A stretch of DNA of 64,000 bases, from contig OZ244847.1 in the NCBI GenBank assembly GCA_965220765.1, forward strand, positions 2,862,066-2,926,065, written 5' to 3'. The notes below the pieces were generated by a model, which had not been told where the DNA came from, searched no databases, and was given only the letters and a program-made list of their open reading frames with translations. Shown here one piece after another: positions 1 through 9,169 of the stretch (positions are counted from its first letter, which is position 1; each line of letters opens with the position of its first letter). Position numbers and translations under genes: made by a program. Origin of the DNA: Candidatus Latescibacterota bacterium (GTDB lineage Bacteria; Latescibacterota; UBA2968).

Positions 1-1559
1 ATAAACACACGGGTGAAACCACGTGGATGGCTCGTCCGGGCGGTGGTGGGCAGGTCGATTTAACCGTTTACTCTACGCCTGTTGTCACGACAATTGATGG
101 GCAGCGCGTGTTGGTTGCCGGTAATGGCAATGGCGGCATTTTTGCCTTTAAAGTCGCAACGGGTGAAAAAGTATGGGGTTTTCCATTCAGTAAGCGCGGC
201 ATCAACACCTCGCCTGTCGTGGCTGATAATCGCGTTTTTGTCACACACAGCGAAGAAAACGTCGATAATACCGCTCTTGGTCGCGTTGCGTGTTTGGATG
301 CGCGCACGGGCAAAGAAATCTGGCGACAAGACGGTATGACCGCCGGCTATGCTTCGCCAGCGGTTCACGCGGGGCGCGTCTATGTTATAGATAATTCGGC
401 CAATGTGCATTGTTTGGACGCCAGGACGGGGAAGCAATATTGGGAGCAAAATATCGGTACTGTGGGCAAGGGATCGCCGACATGGGCCGATGGCAAACTC
501 TATGTTACTGAAGTCAATGGCGGCTTTCAAATTCTCAAAGCGGGCAATATGGGCGCGGAAGTTCTCGACAAAAAGAAAATTGCAATGCCCGAGGGCGGGC
601 ATGCCGAGATCTACGGATCGGTCGCTGTTGCATATCGCCGCATCTATTTTGCGACCGAAGCCGGGTTGTTTTGTCTGGGTGATAAAAACGCGCGATTTGA
701 AGTCACATCTTCTCCCCATGCAAAGCACGAAAGCGCGCCTTCGGGTGCCAAACCCGCATCTATTCTCTCTATTCCGGCTGAGGCTACGATACAACAGGGC
801 GAGGTGTTGCCCCTGCGGGCAGAGGCTTATGATGAGAAGGGGCGCTTGATCGGCAATGCCGACGCCGAGTGGTCGTTGAATGGTCTGGACGGAGAAATAA
901 AGAACAATCAGTTTGTACCATCCCGACCGGGACAGGGCGGCTGGATCACGGCTAAACTGGGTGAATTAACCCGACGGACATGGGTGCGCGTGGTGCCCGA
1001 TGTGCCCTGGACTGAAGATTTTGAAAATGTCGAAGTCGGCACAAATCCATTGCACTGGGTGTGGGGGGGCAGGGGGTTTATGGTGGAGGAAAAAGATGGC
1101 AACAAGGTCCTGGCAAAACCGCCAGCTGCACGCGGCTTAGATCGTTCAAATCTCTATGTGGCGCCGTACAAACTCAGTGGTTATACTATTCAGGCCGATC
1201 TTATGGGCACGCAAAACAAACGGCGTCGTCCCGATATGGGTCTCATTGCCCACCGCTATATCCTCGACCTTCAGGGCATTCACCAGCGACTCGAAGTTCG
1301 GTCGTGGTCGTCGGATTTGCGCATGGCAAAACGCATCGATTTCCACTGGGACATGGGCGTTTGGTACACCATGAAAATGAGAGTTGATATCGAAGATGGT
1401 AAAGCCATCATCCGGGGCAAAGTTTGGAAAAAAGGCGATCCCGAACCCGATGCGTGGAGTATCGAAGTAGAGGATCCCCTGCCGATAGAAGAAGGCAGTC
1501 CCGCCCTTTACGGCTATTCACCCGCTACGATTTACTACGATAATGTGAAAATGTGGTAA
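1..1559 (+). CDS. PQQ-like (BamB/YVTN-type) beta-propeller repeat protein with Ig-like and lectin-fold-like C-terminal domains; 5' end lies outside the window
   Basis: The frame is open from nt 3 up to the listed ATG at 27, so the gene starts upstream. Repeated propeller blades are visible (VFVTHSEENV..LGRVACLDARTGKEIW; VYVIDNSANVHCLDARTGKQYW). They are followed by an Ig-like stretch (SIPAEATIQQGEVLPLRAEAYDEKGRLIG) and a ~190-aa tail ending YYDNVKMW. Confidence 0.8.
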   Translation, partial: KHTGETTWMARPGGGGQVDLTVYSTPVVTTIDGQRVLVAGNGNGGIFAFKVATGEKVWGFPFSKRGINTSPVVADNRVFVTHSEENVDNTALGRVACLDARTGKEIWRQDGMTAGYASPAVHAGRVYVIDNSANVHCLDARTGKQYWEQNIGTVGKGSPTWADGKLYVTEVNGGFQILKAGNMGAEVLDKKKIAMPEGGHAEIYGSVAVAYRRIYFATEAGLFCLGDKNARFEVTSSPHAKHESAPSGAKPASILSIPAEATIQQGEVLPLRAEAYDEKGRLIGNADAEWSLNGLDGEIKNNQFVPSRPGQGGWITAKLGELTRRTWVRVVPDVPWTEDFENVEVGTNPLHWVWGGRGFMVEEKDGNKVLAKPPAARGLDRSNLYVAPYKLSGYTIQADLMGTQNKRRRPDMGLIAHRYILDLQGIHQRLEVRSWSSDLRMAKRIDFHWDMGVWYTMKMRVDIEDGKAIIRGKVWKKGDPEPDAWSIEVEDPLPIEEGSPALYGYSPATIYYDNVKMW

Positions 1560-1591
1560 TCTTCATAAACCCTTACAGACAAAGGAATAAA

Positions 1592-3019
1592 ATGAAATTG
1601 AAAAGATTTTTAAGCGGATGTGTCATCGCTGGTCTGATCGCATCAGCAGGAATTGCTGAAGAGACCATGTGGGGATTTACACCAGATCGCAACCTCGTGT
1701 CAGATGCAAAAAATTTGCCGACGAGTTGGAATACAGAAACAGGGGAAAATATCGCCTGGAAAGCAGATCTCGGCGCACAGTCCTATGCCGGCCCCATCAG
1801 GATCGGTGGAAAGATCTTTATGGGCACAAATAACCAGATTGAGCGCAATCCCAAAATTACGGGTGACAAGGGCGTGATCATGGCTTTTCAGGAATCCGAT
1901 GGAAAATTTCTCTGGCAATCAGCGCATCCCAAGCTCCCGGCTGGGCGCGTCAATGACTGGCCACAGCAGGGCATTTGCTCCACGCCTTATATTCGCGGAG
2001 ATCGGATGTATTATATTTCCAATCAATGTCGCATTGTGTGCGCGGATACAGAGGGTTTTTTGGATGGGGAAAATGATGGTCCGTACACAGGGGAAGAGGA
2101 TACGAGCGATATCGGTGTGGATATTATCTGGGAATACGACATGATGGAAGAATTGGATGTATTTCCTCACAATCTGGCGACCTGTTCGCCCGTGGGGGCG
2201 GGCAATCTGCTGTTTGTTATCACTGCCAATGGTGTCGATGAAGGTCACGTCGCCATTCCGTCGCCTCTGTCGCCCAGCTTTATTGCGGTTGATCTCAATA
2301 CTGGGGAGTTGGTTTGGGAAAAAGACTATCCCGGCGAAAATATCTTGCACGGGCAGTGGTCCAATCCCGCTTATGGCGTTATCAATGGCAAGCCGCAGGT
2401 GATCTGCCCCGGAGGCGATGGCTGGGTTTATTCGCTGGAATCCGAGACCGGCGATTTGATCTGGAAATTTGACTGTAATCCAAAAGACTCTGTGTGGGAG
2501 TTGGGTGGCCGCGGTACGCGCAATGCGATTATTTCCACTCCCGTTATTTACGATAACAAGGTTTTTATCGGTGTTGGACAAGATCCCGAACACGGTGAGG
2601 GTATTGGTCATTTGTGGGCTATTGACGCGACGGGTACAGGTGATGTGACGGGAAGCCATGCGGTGTGGCACTTTGGCAATGAAAATTACAACCGAACCAT
2701 TTCAACGGTGGGCATTAGCGATGGCTTGCTCTATGCGGCAGATCTGAGCGGATTTGTCTATTGCCTTGACGTTAAAACCGGCACACAGCACTGGAAATAC
2801 GATACATTTGCCGCGATATGGGGATCGCCTTTTGTCGCGGATGGGAAGGTGTACATCGGAGATGAAGACGGCGATGTGGCGATTTTGAAAGCGGGAACCG
2901 AGTTTGAACTCATCAACGAAATCAACATGGGCAGTGCCGTATATACCACGCCTATTGCAAAAGATGGCATGCTCTACATTGGCACGCGCAATACATTATA
3001 TGCAATTAAGGGCAAATAG
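1592..3019 (+). CDS. Exported PQQ-like beta-propeller repeat protein
   Basis: ATG at 1592 is preceded by AAAGGAA and gives a signal peptide, MKLKRFLSGCVIAGLIASAGIAEE. Repeated blade motifs follow (KIFMGTNN, LLFVITANG, VFIGVGQD, LLYAADLSGFVYCLDVKTGTQHW, VYIGDEDGDVAIL, MLYIGTRNTLYAI). The longer listed start at 1553 adds no recognisable sequence. Confidence 0.85.
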   Translation: MKLKRFLSGCVIAGLIASAGIAEETMWGFTPDRNLVSDAKNLPTSWNTETGENIAWKADLGAQSYAGPIRIGGKIFMGTNNQIERNPKITGDKGVIMAFQESDGKFLWQSAHPKLPAGRVNDWPQQGICSTPYIRGDRMYYISNQCRIVCADTEGFLDGENDGPYTGEEDTSDIGVDIIWEYDMMEELDVFPHNLATCSPVGAGNLLFVITANGVDEGHVAIPSPLSPSFIAVDLNTGELVWEKDYPGENILHGQWSNPAYGVINGKPQVICPGGDGWVYSLESETGDLIWKFDCNPKDSVWELGGRGTRNAIISTPVIYDNKVFIGVGQDPEHGEGIGHLWAIDATGTGDVTGSHAVWHFGNENYNRTISTVGISDGLLYAADLSGFVYCLDVKTGTQHWKYDTFAAIWGSPFVADGKVYIGDEDGDVAILKAGTEFELINEINMGSAVYTTPIAKDGMLYIGTRNTLYAIKGK

Positions 3020-3035
3020 ACGAGGTCATTACAAT

Positions 3036-4124
3036 ATGGAAGTGTTGGCAACACCTTTTGCTGATAGAGTCAAAGACGCGCGCGATACCCTTGACGCCCA
3101 TGTGCGGGATATGGTCGCGTGGCATTTTAATCCCGGTACGGGATGTCCTTTCTGGCTGGAATTTGCAGAGGAATTGGATTTTGATCCGCGGCGGGAGATC
3201 GGCGGGTACAGCGATCTGAAATATCTCGGGCATTTCCAGGACGAATGGTTGCGCGGAGGCCCCGTGAGGCGATGGATCCCGAGGGGAAGTGAAGAACAGC
3301 GGACTTATGTATTTGAGACGGGTGGCTCAACCGGTGTTCCCAAATATCGGATCAGTCAAAATGATTTTCAGATCGACTACGAGATGTTCAGTGAGCACCT
3401 TTCTGAAGAGACATTTCCAAAGGGTGCAGATTGGTTGATGCTGGGGCCAACAGGTCCCCGGCGATTGCGTCTTGCAGTGGAATATCTCTGCCAGATTCGC
3501 GGTGGGATTTGTTTTCTCGTGGATCTCGATCCCCGATGGGTCAACAAGCTGATCAAGCGCGGCGCACTTCAGGAATTGGAACTCTACAAAGCCCATGTTA
3601 TCGATCAGGCGCTCACTATTTTGCGCGCGAACGATAATGTGAAGTGCATGTTCACGACTCCCAAGCTTCTCGAAGAATTGTGCGAAAAAATTTCCCTGCA
3701 AAAAGCCGGGATTAGCGGCATTTTTTGCGGCGGTACAGAGATGAATGCACAATTTAATCGGTTTGCGAGAGAAGAGCTTGTCCCCGGTATTGATTTTGTT
3801 CCCACCTATGGCAATACCCTGATGGGGCTGGCTTATTCCAAGCCACTGGAGCCCGAAGACAATTACGCGATTACGTATTACCCACCCGTGCCCCGCGCGT
3901 TTATCGAACTGGTGAATCCGAATAATCCCGATGAAGAGGTCGATTACGACGATGTCGGGCGCGTGATGCTGACGACGCTTACGAAAGAATTTTTTATGCC
4001 CCGCTTTCTCGAACGCGATGAGGCCGAACGCGCCAAACCGATTGACGCCTATCCCTGGGATGGCGTGAGAAATCTGGGTTTGTTCTCTGAGTTGCAGGAG
4101 TCAGTCGTCGTTGGGGTGTATTAA
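3036..4124 (+). CDS. Adenylate-forming enzyme, PaaK / coenzyme F390 synthetase / LuxE-like (short form)
   Basis: The internal ATG at 3036 (MEVLATPF...) avoids overlap with the upstream gene. A P-loop-like motif, FETGGSTGVPKY, sits at the position of the AMP-binding SSGTTG motif. The ~360-aa size is typical of the PaaK/LuxE branch. Confidence 0.7.
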   Translation: MEVLATPFADRVKDARDTLDAHVRDMVAWHFNPGTGCPFWLEFAEELDFDPRREIGGYSDLKYLGHFQDEWLRGGPVRRWIPRGSEEQRTYVFETGGSTGVPKYRISQNDFQIDYEMFSEHLSEETFPKGADWLMLGPTGPRRLRLAVEYLCQIRGGICFLVDLDPRWVNKLIKRGALQELELYKAHVIDQALTILRANDNVKCMFTTPKLLEELCEKISLQKAGISGIFCGGTEMNAQFNRFAREELVPGIDFVPTYGNTLMGLAYSKPLEPEDNYAITYYPPVPRAFIELVNPNNPDEEVDYDDVGRVMLTTLTKEFFMPRFLERDEAERAKPIDAYPWDGVRNLGLFSELQESVVVGVY

Positions 4125-4144
4125 ATCGGGTGGATTTTTTTTTA

Positions 4145-5284
4145 TCAGGGTAGCCCCACCTCGCGGCAAAAGGTAGAAAACGGCAGAACGCGGGTGTTGG
4201 TTGTTGCGTTGCCAAAATCCTTTGTGCCCAGATGTACCTGGTAGAATCGCGGAATATTTGTTCGCTCTCTGAAGTACTTGCACGCGGGAGAAGTACCGCG
4301 CTCACCAGTTTTGCACTCGACGGCAAATTCCGCATGTCCATCGCGGAGAACGACAAAATCTACCTCGCGCTTGTCGGTATCTCGAATAAAGCGCAACTCC
4401 ATGTCATATCCTTCTGTATCTTCGACGTAGTGGCAGTATTTCAGCAAGTGTCCGGCCACCATGTTCTCAAAACGGGCACCGCGGTCTGTTATGCGCGACC
4501 AGTCCCAGAAATACAACTTCTTTTCCTTGCGTACAGCTCTGATTCTCTTTGCTCCAAATGGAGGAATGCGGTAGCACATATATAGCCTTTCAAAGATTGC
4601 GAGCCAGCGTTCGACGGTTTCGTAAGCCACTTGCAAGAGTTTGCTGAGGCTGTTGACCGAAAGAGGGGATCCCACACAGGCGGGCAGGTGAGATAGCAAG
4701 AGGTCTAACATGGATACTTCACGCACATTTTCCAGATCGCGGAGGTCTTCATAGATGACTCTTGCGGAATGCTCGCGTAGCCACCTGCGATGAAACCGCG
4801 TCTCTCCCCTGAGAAAAGGCTCCGGAAAACCGCCAAATCTGAGCAGTTGCGCCACGAGCGCGTTATCGGGCTTCTGCCCGCATTCCATCAGCGTGAAGGG
4901 ATGAAGACGGTAGTAGTGATATCGTCCATGCAAAGAGTCTCCGCCTTTGCGATAGTAGTCCAGCCGTGCCGAGCCGGTGACGATAAAAGAAACGGATGAT
5001 TTGTTTTTGTCGAATAACCCCTTCATTAGATTTCGCCACTGCGCGTACTTGTGAATTTCATCGAAAATAATGCGGGTTTGTCCCGAAGGGAGTCTTCCCG
5101 CCAGAATATCCTCGCGATCGGCGAGTACATCCCAGTTCAGATAGGCAGGTGACGACTCATTCTGGCCTTGCCCCAACATTGAGATTGCGAGTGTTGTTTT
5201 TCCAACCTGACGCGGACCGCCGATGAATATCATTCTGTCTGCGATATCTGCTTCAATATGATCCATGATGTAGCGGGGTTCCAT
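4145..5284 (-). CDS. AAA+ ATPase with C-terminal DUF4143-type domain (ATP-binding protein)
   Basis: Walker A motif GGPRQVGKTTLA and Walker B-like motif RIIFDEIH. The C-terminal half (REVDFVV...FAVECK) resembles the PD-(D/E)xK-like DUF4143 region. Start taken at MEPRYIM (5284), which follows AAAGGTG; the listed start at 5329 would run through the promoter repeats. Confidence 0.85.
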   Translation of the reverse strand: MEPRYIMDHIEADIADRMIFIGGPRQVGKTTLAISMLGQGQNESSPAYLNWDVLADREDILAGRLPSGQTRIIFDEIHKYAQWRNLMKGLFDKNKSSVSFIVTGSARLDYYRKGGDSLHGRYHYYRLHPFTLMECGQKPDNALVAQLLRFGGFPEPFLRGETRFHRRWLREHSARVIYEDLRDLENVREVSMLDLLLSHLPACVGSPLSVNSLSKLLQVAYETVERWLAIFERLYMCYRIPPFGAKRIRAVRKEKKLYFWDWSRITDRGARFENMVAGHLLKYCHYVEDTEGYDMELRFIRDTDKREVDFVVLRDGHAEFAVECKTGERGTSPACKYFRERTNIPRFYQVHLGTKDFGNATTNTRVLPFSTFCREVGLP

Positions 5285-5306
5285 ACTTATCACCTTTCTC
5301 GCATGT

Positions 5307-5374
5307 CGTGAGTATTTTAGACTCAACATTAATATACTCGTGAGTATTTTAGAGTCAATGTAAAAATACTCACG
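5307..5374 (-). promoter_or_regulatory. Operator-like repeats overlapping a sigma70-like promoter of the DUF4143 ATPase gene
   Basis: The 21-nt unit TCGTGAGTATTTTAGA(C/G)TCAA occurs twice (5306-5326 and 5338-5358). CGTGAGTATTTT (5339-5350) and AAAATACTCACG (5363-5374) form a perfect 12-bp inverted repeat with a 12-nt spacer. On the minus strand, TTGACT-N16-TATATT lies inside the repeats. Confidence 0.4.
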
Positions 5375-5521
5375 TTATTGCGCTTGCTTTTATTTGGGTG
5401 AAAAGCTACTTTTTATGTTCTGCTATGCGATTTGAAGCCACACTTGTAGATGATTTAATGGTTATAAATTTCTTCCCTAAAGCAGGGAGGCGATAATTAG
5501 TCTTTCAAAGAGGCGAAATAC

Positions 5522-6946
5522 ATGATTCACTTACCCATTTTACGTGCGGGGGAACCTTACACGAGTTTGAGCGTTCAGGAAGTGTCGCATATTCAAACTG
5601 GCGAGCCGCTCGTTCAGGTCAGTCAGGCAAATCGGGGTTTGGTCGCGAAGGACTTAAATGTAGCGGCGGCGAACAAACAGGCGCTCGACAGGCTGAGTGT
5701 GTCGGAACTCGTGGATATGACCCGCGAAGCCGCGCGCTTATTTGCAGAAGCCGATTTGCCCATTGGTGACCATATCCAAACGCCCGATGATTATGTCAAA
5801 CAGGTTTCTGGCACAACGGGTATGCCCGAAGCGCTCTGCCGTGCGAATATGGAAAAAATTCAGCTCGTGTGTACAGAGATCGAAGCTATTTTAGGAGGTC
5901 TCACGCGCGGGTTGGATCTCGCTGCTCTCGATGAGGGCTGGCACAACCAGGATGGTCGCTCTCTCAGCTATATTTGTCAGGCCGATGCACTCGGAGCTAT
6001 ATTGCCGAGCAATTCGCCAGGGGTACACGCGCTGTGGGTTCCATCCATCCCACTCAAAGTTCCTCTCGTTCTAAAACCCGGACGCGAAGAGCCCTGGACG
6101 CCTTTCCGAATTGCACAGGCGTTTATAGAAGCGGGGTGCCCGCCAGAAGCGTTTGGGTTCTATCCGACGGATCACGGTGGTGCTACTGAAATTTTGATTC
6201 GATGTGGTCGCTCCATGCTCTTCGGGGGCGGATCAACGGTCGCCCCCTGGCTAGACGATCCTCGCGTGGAAATTCACGGGCCTGGGCAGAGTAAGGTCAT
6301 TATTGGCGAAGATATGATAGATCGCTGGGAAGACTGTCTCGATATCGCAGTTGCTTCAATTACTGCAAATGGTGGTCGCTCTTGTATCAATGCGTCGGGC
6401 GTGTGGGTTCCCGCGCATGGTCGAGAAATTGCCGAAGCACTTGCAGAGCGATTGGCAAAAATCGTCGGGAGACCTCTGGATGATCCAGAAGCGCAGATCG
6501 CTGCATTTACCAACCCCGCATTCGCCGATCAAATTTCGCTGGCTATAGATATCAACCTGAAAACCATAGGGGCCGAAGATTTGACCGAGAAATTGCGCGG
6601 TGATCGGCTGGTTGAGATCGATGGATTGAAATTCTTAAACCCTACGGTTGTCCGGTGTGACGATTTTGAACATCCTCTTGCAAATACGGAATATTTGTTC
6701 CCCTACGCGAGCGTGGTCGAGGTTTCTCAGTCGGAAATTCTGGACGTGATTGGACCGAGCCTTGTGGTGACAGCCATAACAGAAGACCGTGTATTTATCG
6801 ATAAATTGCTCAATTCTCCCCATGTAGAAAGACTCAATGTGGGGGCGATTCCCACGCATCAGATTTCATGGGATCAACCACACGAGGGCAATTTGTTCGA
6901 ACACCTGTACCGGCAACGCGCGTTGCAATGGGCGAAACAGGCTTAG
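5522..6946 (+). CDS. Aldehyde dehydrogenase-superfamily protein (possibly LuxC-like acyl-CoA/acyl-enzyme reductase)
   Basis: ALDH-like core: LPSNSPGVHALWVPSIPLKVPLVLKPGREEP, EAGCPPEAFGFYP, and a candidate catalytic Cys in NGGRSCINASGVWV. The N-terminus (LPILRAG) and C-terminus (DQPHEGNLFEHL) resemble LuxC-type reductases as I recall them. Confidence 0.85.
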   Translation: MIHLPILRAGEPYTSLSVQEVSHIQTGEPLVQVSQANRGLVAKDLNVAAANKQALDRLSVSELVDMTREAARLFAEADLPIGDHIQTPDDYVKQVSGTTGMPEALCRANMEKIQLVCTEIEAILGGLTRGLDLAALDEGWHNQDGRSLSYICQADALGAILPSNSPGVHALWVPSIPLKVPLVLKPGREEPWTPFRIAQAFIEAGCPPEAFGFYPTDHGGATEILIRCGRSMLFGGGSTVAPWLDDPRVEIHGPGQSKVIIGEDMIDRWEDCLDIAVASITANGGRSCINASGVWVPAHGREIAEALAERLAKIVGRPLDDPEAQIAAFTNPAFADQISLAIDINLKTIGAEDLTEKLRGDRLVEIDGLKFLNPTVVRCDDFEHPLANTEYLFPYASVVEVSQSEILDVIGPSLVVTAITEDRVFIDKLLNSPHVERLNVGAIPTHQISWDQPHEGNLFEHLYRQRALQWAKQA

Positions 6947-6949
6947 GAG

Positions 6950-8065
6950 ATGAAAGCATTTGATTTTTGTCCTACTACGCGCGTGGTGTTTGGGGAGGGT
7001 ACACTCGCGCAATTGGGGAAATTGTCAAAAGAATTGGGCGGAAGCCGCATTCTTTTTGTGACCGATCCAGGGATTGTAAGCGCCAAGCTCACAGACCGTG
7101 CGATTGCGCCGCTTCAAAGCGCTTCCCTGGATTTTTTTGTGTTTGATGGTGTGGATGAAAACCCCACGACCGCGCATATAGAGGCCGGTGTTGCGTTTGC
7201 AAAAGCACAGGGGAATATTGATCTGATCGTCGGGATGGGTGGGGGTAGTGCGATGGATTGCGCCAAAGGGATCAATTTTATCCTGACAAACGGCGGACAG
7301 ATGGAAGATTATCTGGGTATGGGCCATGCGGCAAAACCCATGTTGCCCTCTATCGGGATTCCAACGACTGCGGGCACTGGGAGCGAGGCGCAGTCCTACG
7401 CGCTTATTTCCGATGCAAAAACACATGTCAAGATGGCCTGTGGCGACCTGAAAGCGCGATTTCGGAGTGTTATTCTCGATCCGTCGCTGGTCGAAACTGT
7501 GCCGAAAAATGTCGCAGCAGCAACGGGTATAGACGCCATCGCACATGCTATTGAAAGTTATGTTTGCACACGCCGCAATGCTATTTCTATGATGTTCGCA
7601 CAAAAGGCGTGGCAATTGCTTGCATCGAGTTTTGAAAGCGTGCTGAAGGATGCCTCCGATAACGAAGTGAGAAGCAAAATGCTTTTGGGCGCGCACTTTG
7701 CCGGCGCGGCTATTGAGAACGCCATGTTGGGTGCAGCACATGCGTGTGCCAATCCATTGACCGCGCATTTTGGTATTGTACATGGCGTCGCCGTGGCACT
7801 TATGCTGCCCGCTGTCGTCCAATTCAATGGAGAAACCGCAGGCGCGCGCTATCGTGGACTTGGAGCGGATGTTGATGAACTCGTCGAGAAGGTCGTTTTT
7901 CTGAAAGAATGTGCAAATCTGCCTTTTCAACTGCGCGACCTCGGTGTAGCGCGTGACAGCCTCCCAATGCTGGCAAGAGATGCGACTGAACAATGGACGG
8001 GTACCTTTAATCCGAGACCCGTGGATGAAGATGATTTTCTCGCCCTTTACGAATCTGTGTATTGA
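6950..8065 (+). CDS. Iron-containing (group III) alcohol dehydrogenase
   Basis: Motifs GMGGGSAMDCAKG, PTTAGTGSE, and the His cluster DAIAHAIESY ... HACANPL ... HGVA. It starts 3 nt after the upstream gene. Confidence 0.9.
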   Translation: MKAFDFCPTTRVVFGEGTLAQLGKLSKELGGSRILFVTDPGIVSAKLTDRAIAPLQSASLDFFVFDGVDENPTTAHIEAGVAFAKAQGNIDLIVGMGGGSAMDCAKGINFILTNGGQMEDYLGMGHAAKPMLPSIGIPTTAGTGSEAQSYALISDAKTHVKMACGDLKARFRSVILDPSLVETVPKNVAAATGIDAIAHAIESYVCTRRNAISMMFAQKAWQLLASSFESVLKDASDNEVRSKMLLGAHFAGAAIENAMLGAAHACANPLTAHFGIVHGVAVALMLPAVVQFNGETAGARYRGLGADVDELVEKVVFLKECANLPFQLRDLGVARDSLPMLARDATEQWTGTFNPRPVDEDDFLALYESVY

Positions 8066-8071
8066 TCCGCA

Positions 8072-9169
8072 ATGAGAACATTTCTTTTTTTTGTTTTTTA
8101 TTTATTTTTGATTCCCGTCCAGGCAGAAGAATGGAGCCGATTCCGCGGGGATGCACAATCTACAGGTGTTGCAAATAATAGTCTGCCCGCTGAACTGGAT
8201 GTGTTGTGGACGGCACAGGTCGAAATAGGGATTGAATCCACCGCCGCAATTTGGCAAGACGCGGTGTATGTGGGCGGGTTGGATGAAAAGCTATACGCTT
8301 TTGATTTTGATAGCGGTGCGCTCAAGTGGACGTATTCGGCTACGGGTGAGGTCAAATCATCGCCACTGGTTTTTGAAAAAACCGTGTTTTTCGGCGATGG
8401 CAATGGCGTTTTTCACGCTGTTGATGCACAAACAGGTAATGCATTGTGGACGTTTCAAACAGATGGGGAGATTATCTCGTCGGCAAATGCAACCGGGGGG
8501 CGCATCCTGTTTGGGTCTTATGACCAGTTCTTATACTGCCTCGCGCCGGACGATGGGGCTTTATTGTGGAAGATAGAAACGGATGGTTATGTTCACGGCA
8601 TGCCGGCTATTGCACAAGCGCATACGCTGATTGCGGGTTGTGATGGTCTTTTGCGCGTTATTGATATTGCCAGCGGAAAAGAGCAATCGCAAATTGAACT
8701 CGGCGCTTATGTGGGTGCCAGCGCAGCCGTTCATCAGACGCGCGCTTATGTGGGGACTTATGAAAGCCAGGTTTTGTGCATTGACTTAACGGCAAAAGAA
8801 ATTGCCTGGCGATACGAACATCCGCAGAGAAAGTTGCCCTATTTTGCATCGCCATCCGTAACTCCTGAGTGGGTTATTGTGGCAGGGCGCGACAAAATGG
8901 TTCACGCGCTTGATCCCGATACGGGGGATGTGTTGTGGACTTACATGTCCCGCTCCCGATTTGAAGCATCTCCCGTTGTGGTGGGAGATCGCGTTTTTGC
9001 AGGTACAATGGATGGAAAACTCGTGGCATTAAATCTCGAGACCGGTGAACTCGGTTGGGAATTTGTGACCGGATCGGAATTTATCGCCTCGCCCAGTGTG
9101 GCGCGCGAGCGGCTGATTATTGGCACAACAAATGGCACGTTATATTGTTTTGGAAAGGCGGAAGAATGA
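8072..9169 (+). CDS. Exported PQQ-like beta-propeller repeat protein
   Basis: Signal peptide MRTFLFFVFYLFLIPVQAEEW. Eight-blade-like repeats are visible (VYVGGLDEKLYAFDFDSGALKW, VFFGDGNGVFHAVDAQTGNALW, ILFGSYDQFLYCLAPDDGALLW, and others). Confidence 0.85.
   Translation: MRTFLFFVFYLFLIPVQAEEWSRFRGDAQSTGVANNSLPAELDVLWTAQVEIGIESTAAIWQDAVYVGGLDEKLYAFDFDSGALKWTYSATGEVKSSPLVFEKTVFFGDGNGVFHAVDAQTGNALWTFQTDGEIISSANATGGRILFGSYDQFLYCLAPDDGALLWKIETDGYVHGMPAIAQAHTLIAGCDGLLRVIDIASGKEQSQIELGAYVGASAAVHQTRAYVGTYESQVLCIDLTAKEIAWRYEHPQRKLPYFASPSVTPEWVIVAGRDKMVHALDPDTGDVLWTYMSRSRFEASPVVVGDRVFAGTMDGKLVALNLETGELGWEFVTGSEFIASPSVARERLIIGTTNGTLYCFGKAEE

Noticed and set aside
60-794. Long antisense or alternative-frame ORFs inside confident genes. 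Examples are 60-794(-), 1919-2671(-), 7025-7993(-), 19162-19866(-), 33675-34511(-), 43011-43628(-), 45747-46586(-) and 46947-47504(-).
   Set aside because: Each lies wholly within a gene that has clear family motifs on the other strand or frame. Their translations are low-complexity (Arg/Pro/His/Gly-rich) with no motifs, which is typical of shadow ORFs in mid- to high-GC coding DNA.
5415-5435. A six-codon upstream ORF (MFCYAI) in the leader of the 13-gene operon as a regulatory leader peptide.
   Set aside because: It has no Shine-Dalgarno sequence, no adjacent terminator or antiterminator structure that I could see, and such tiny ORFs are expected by chance.
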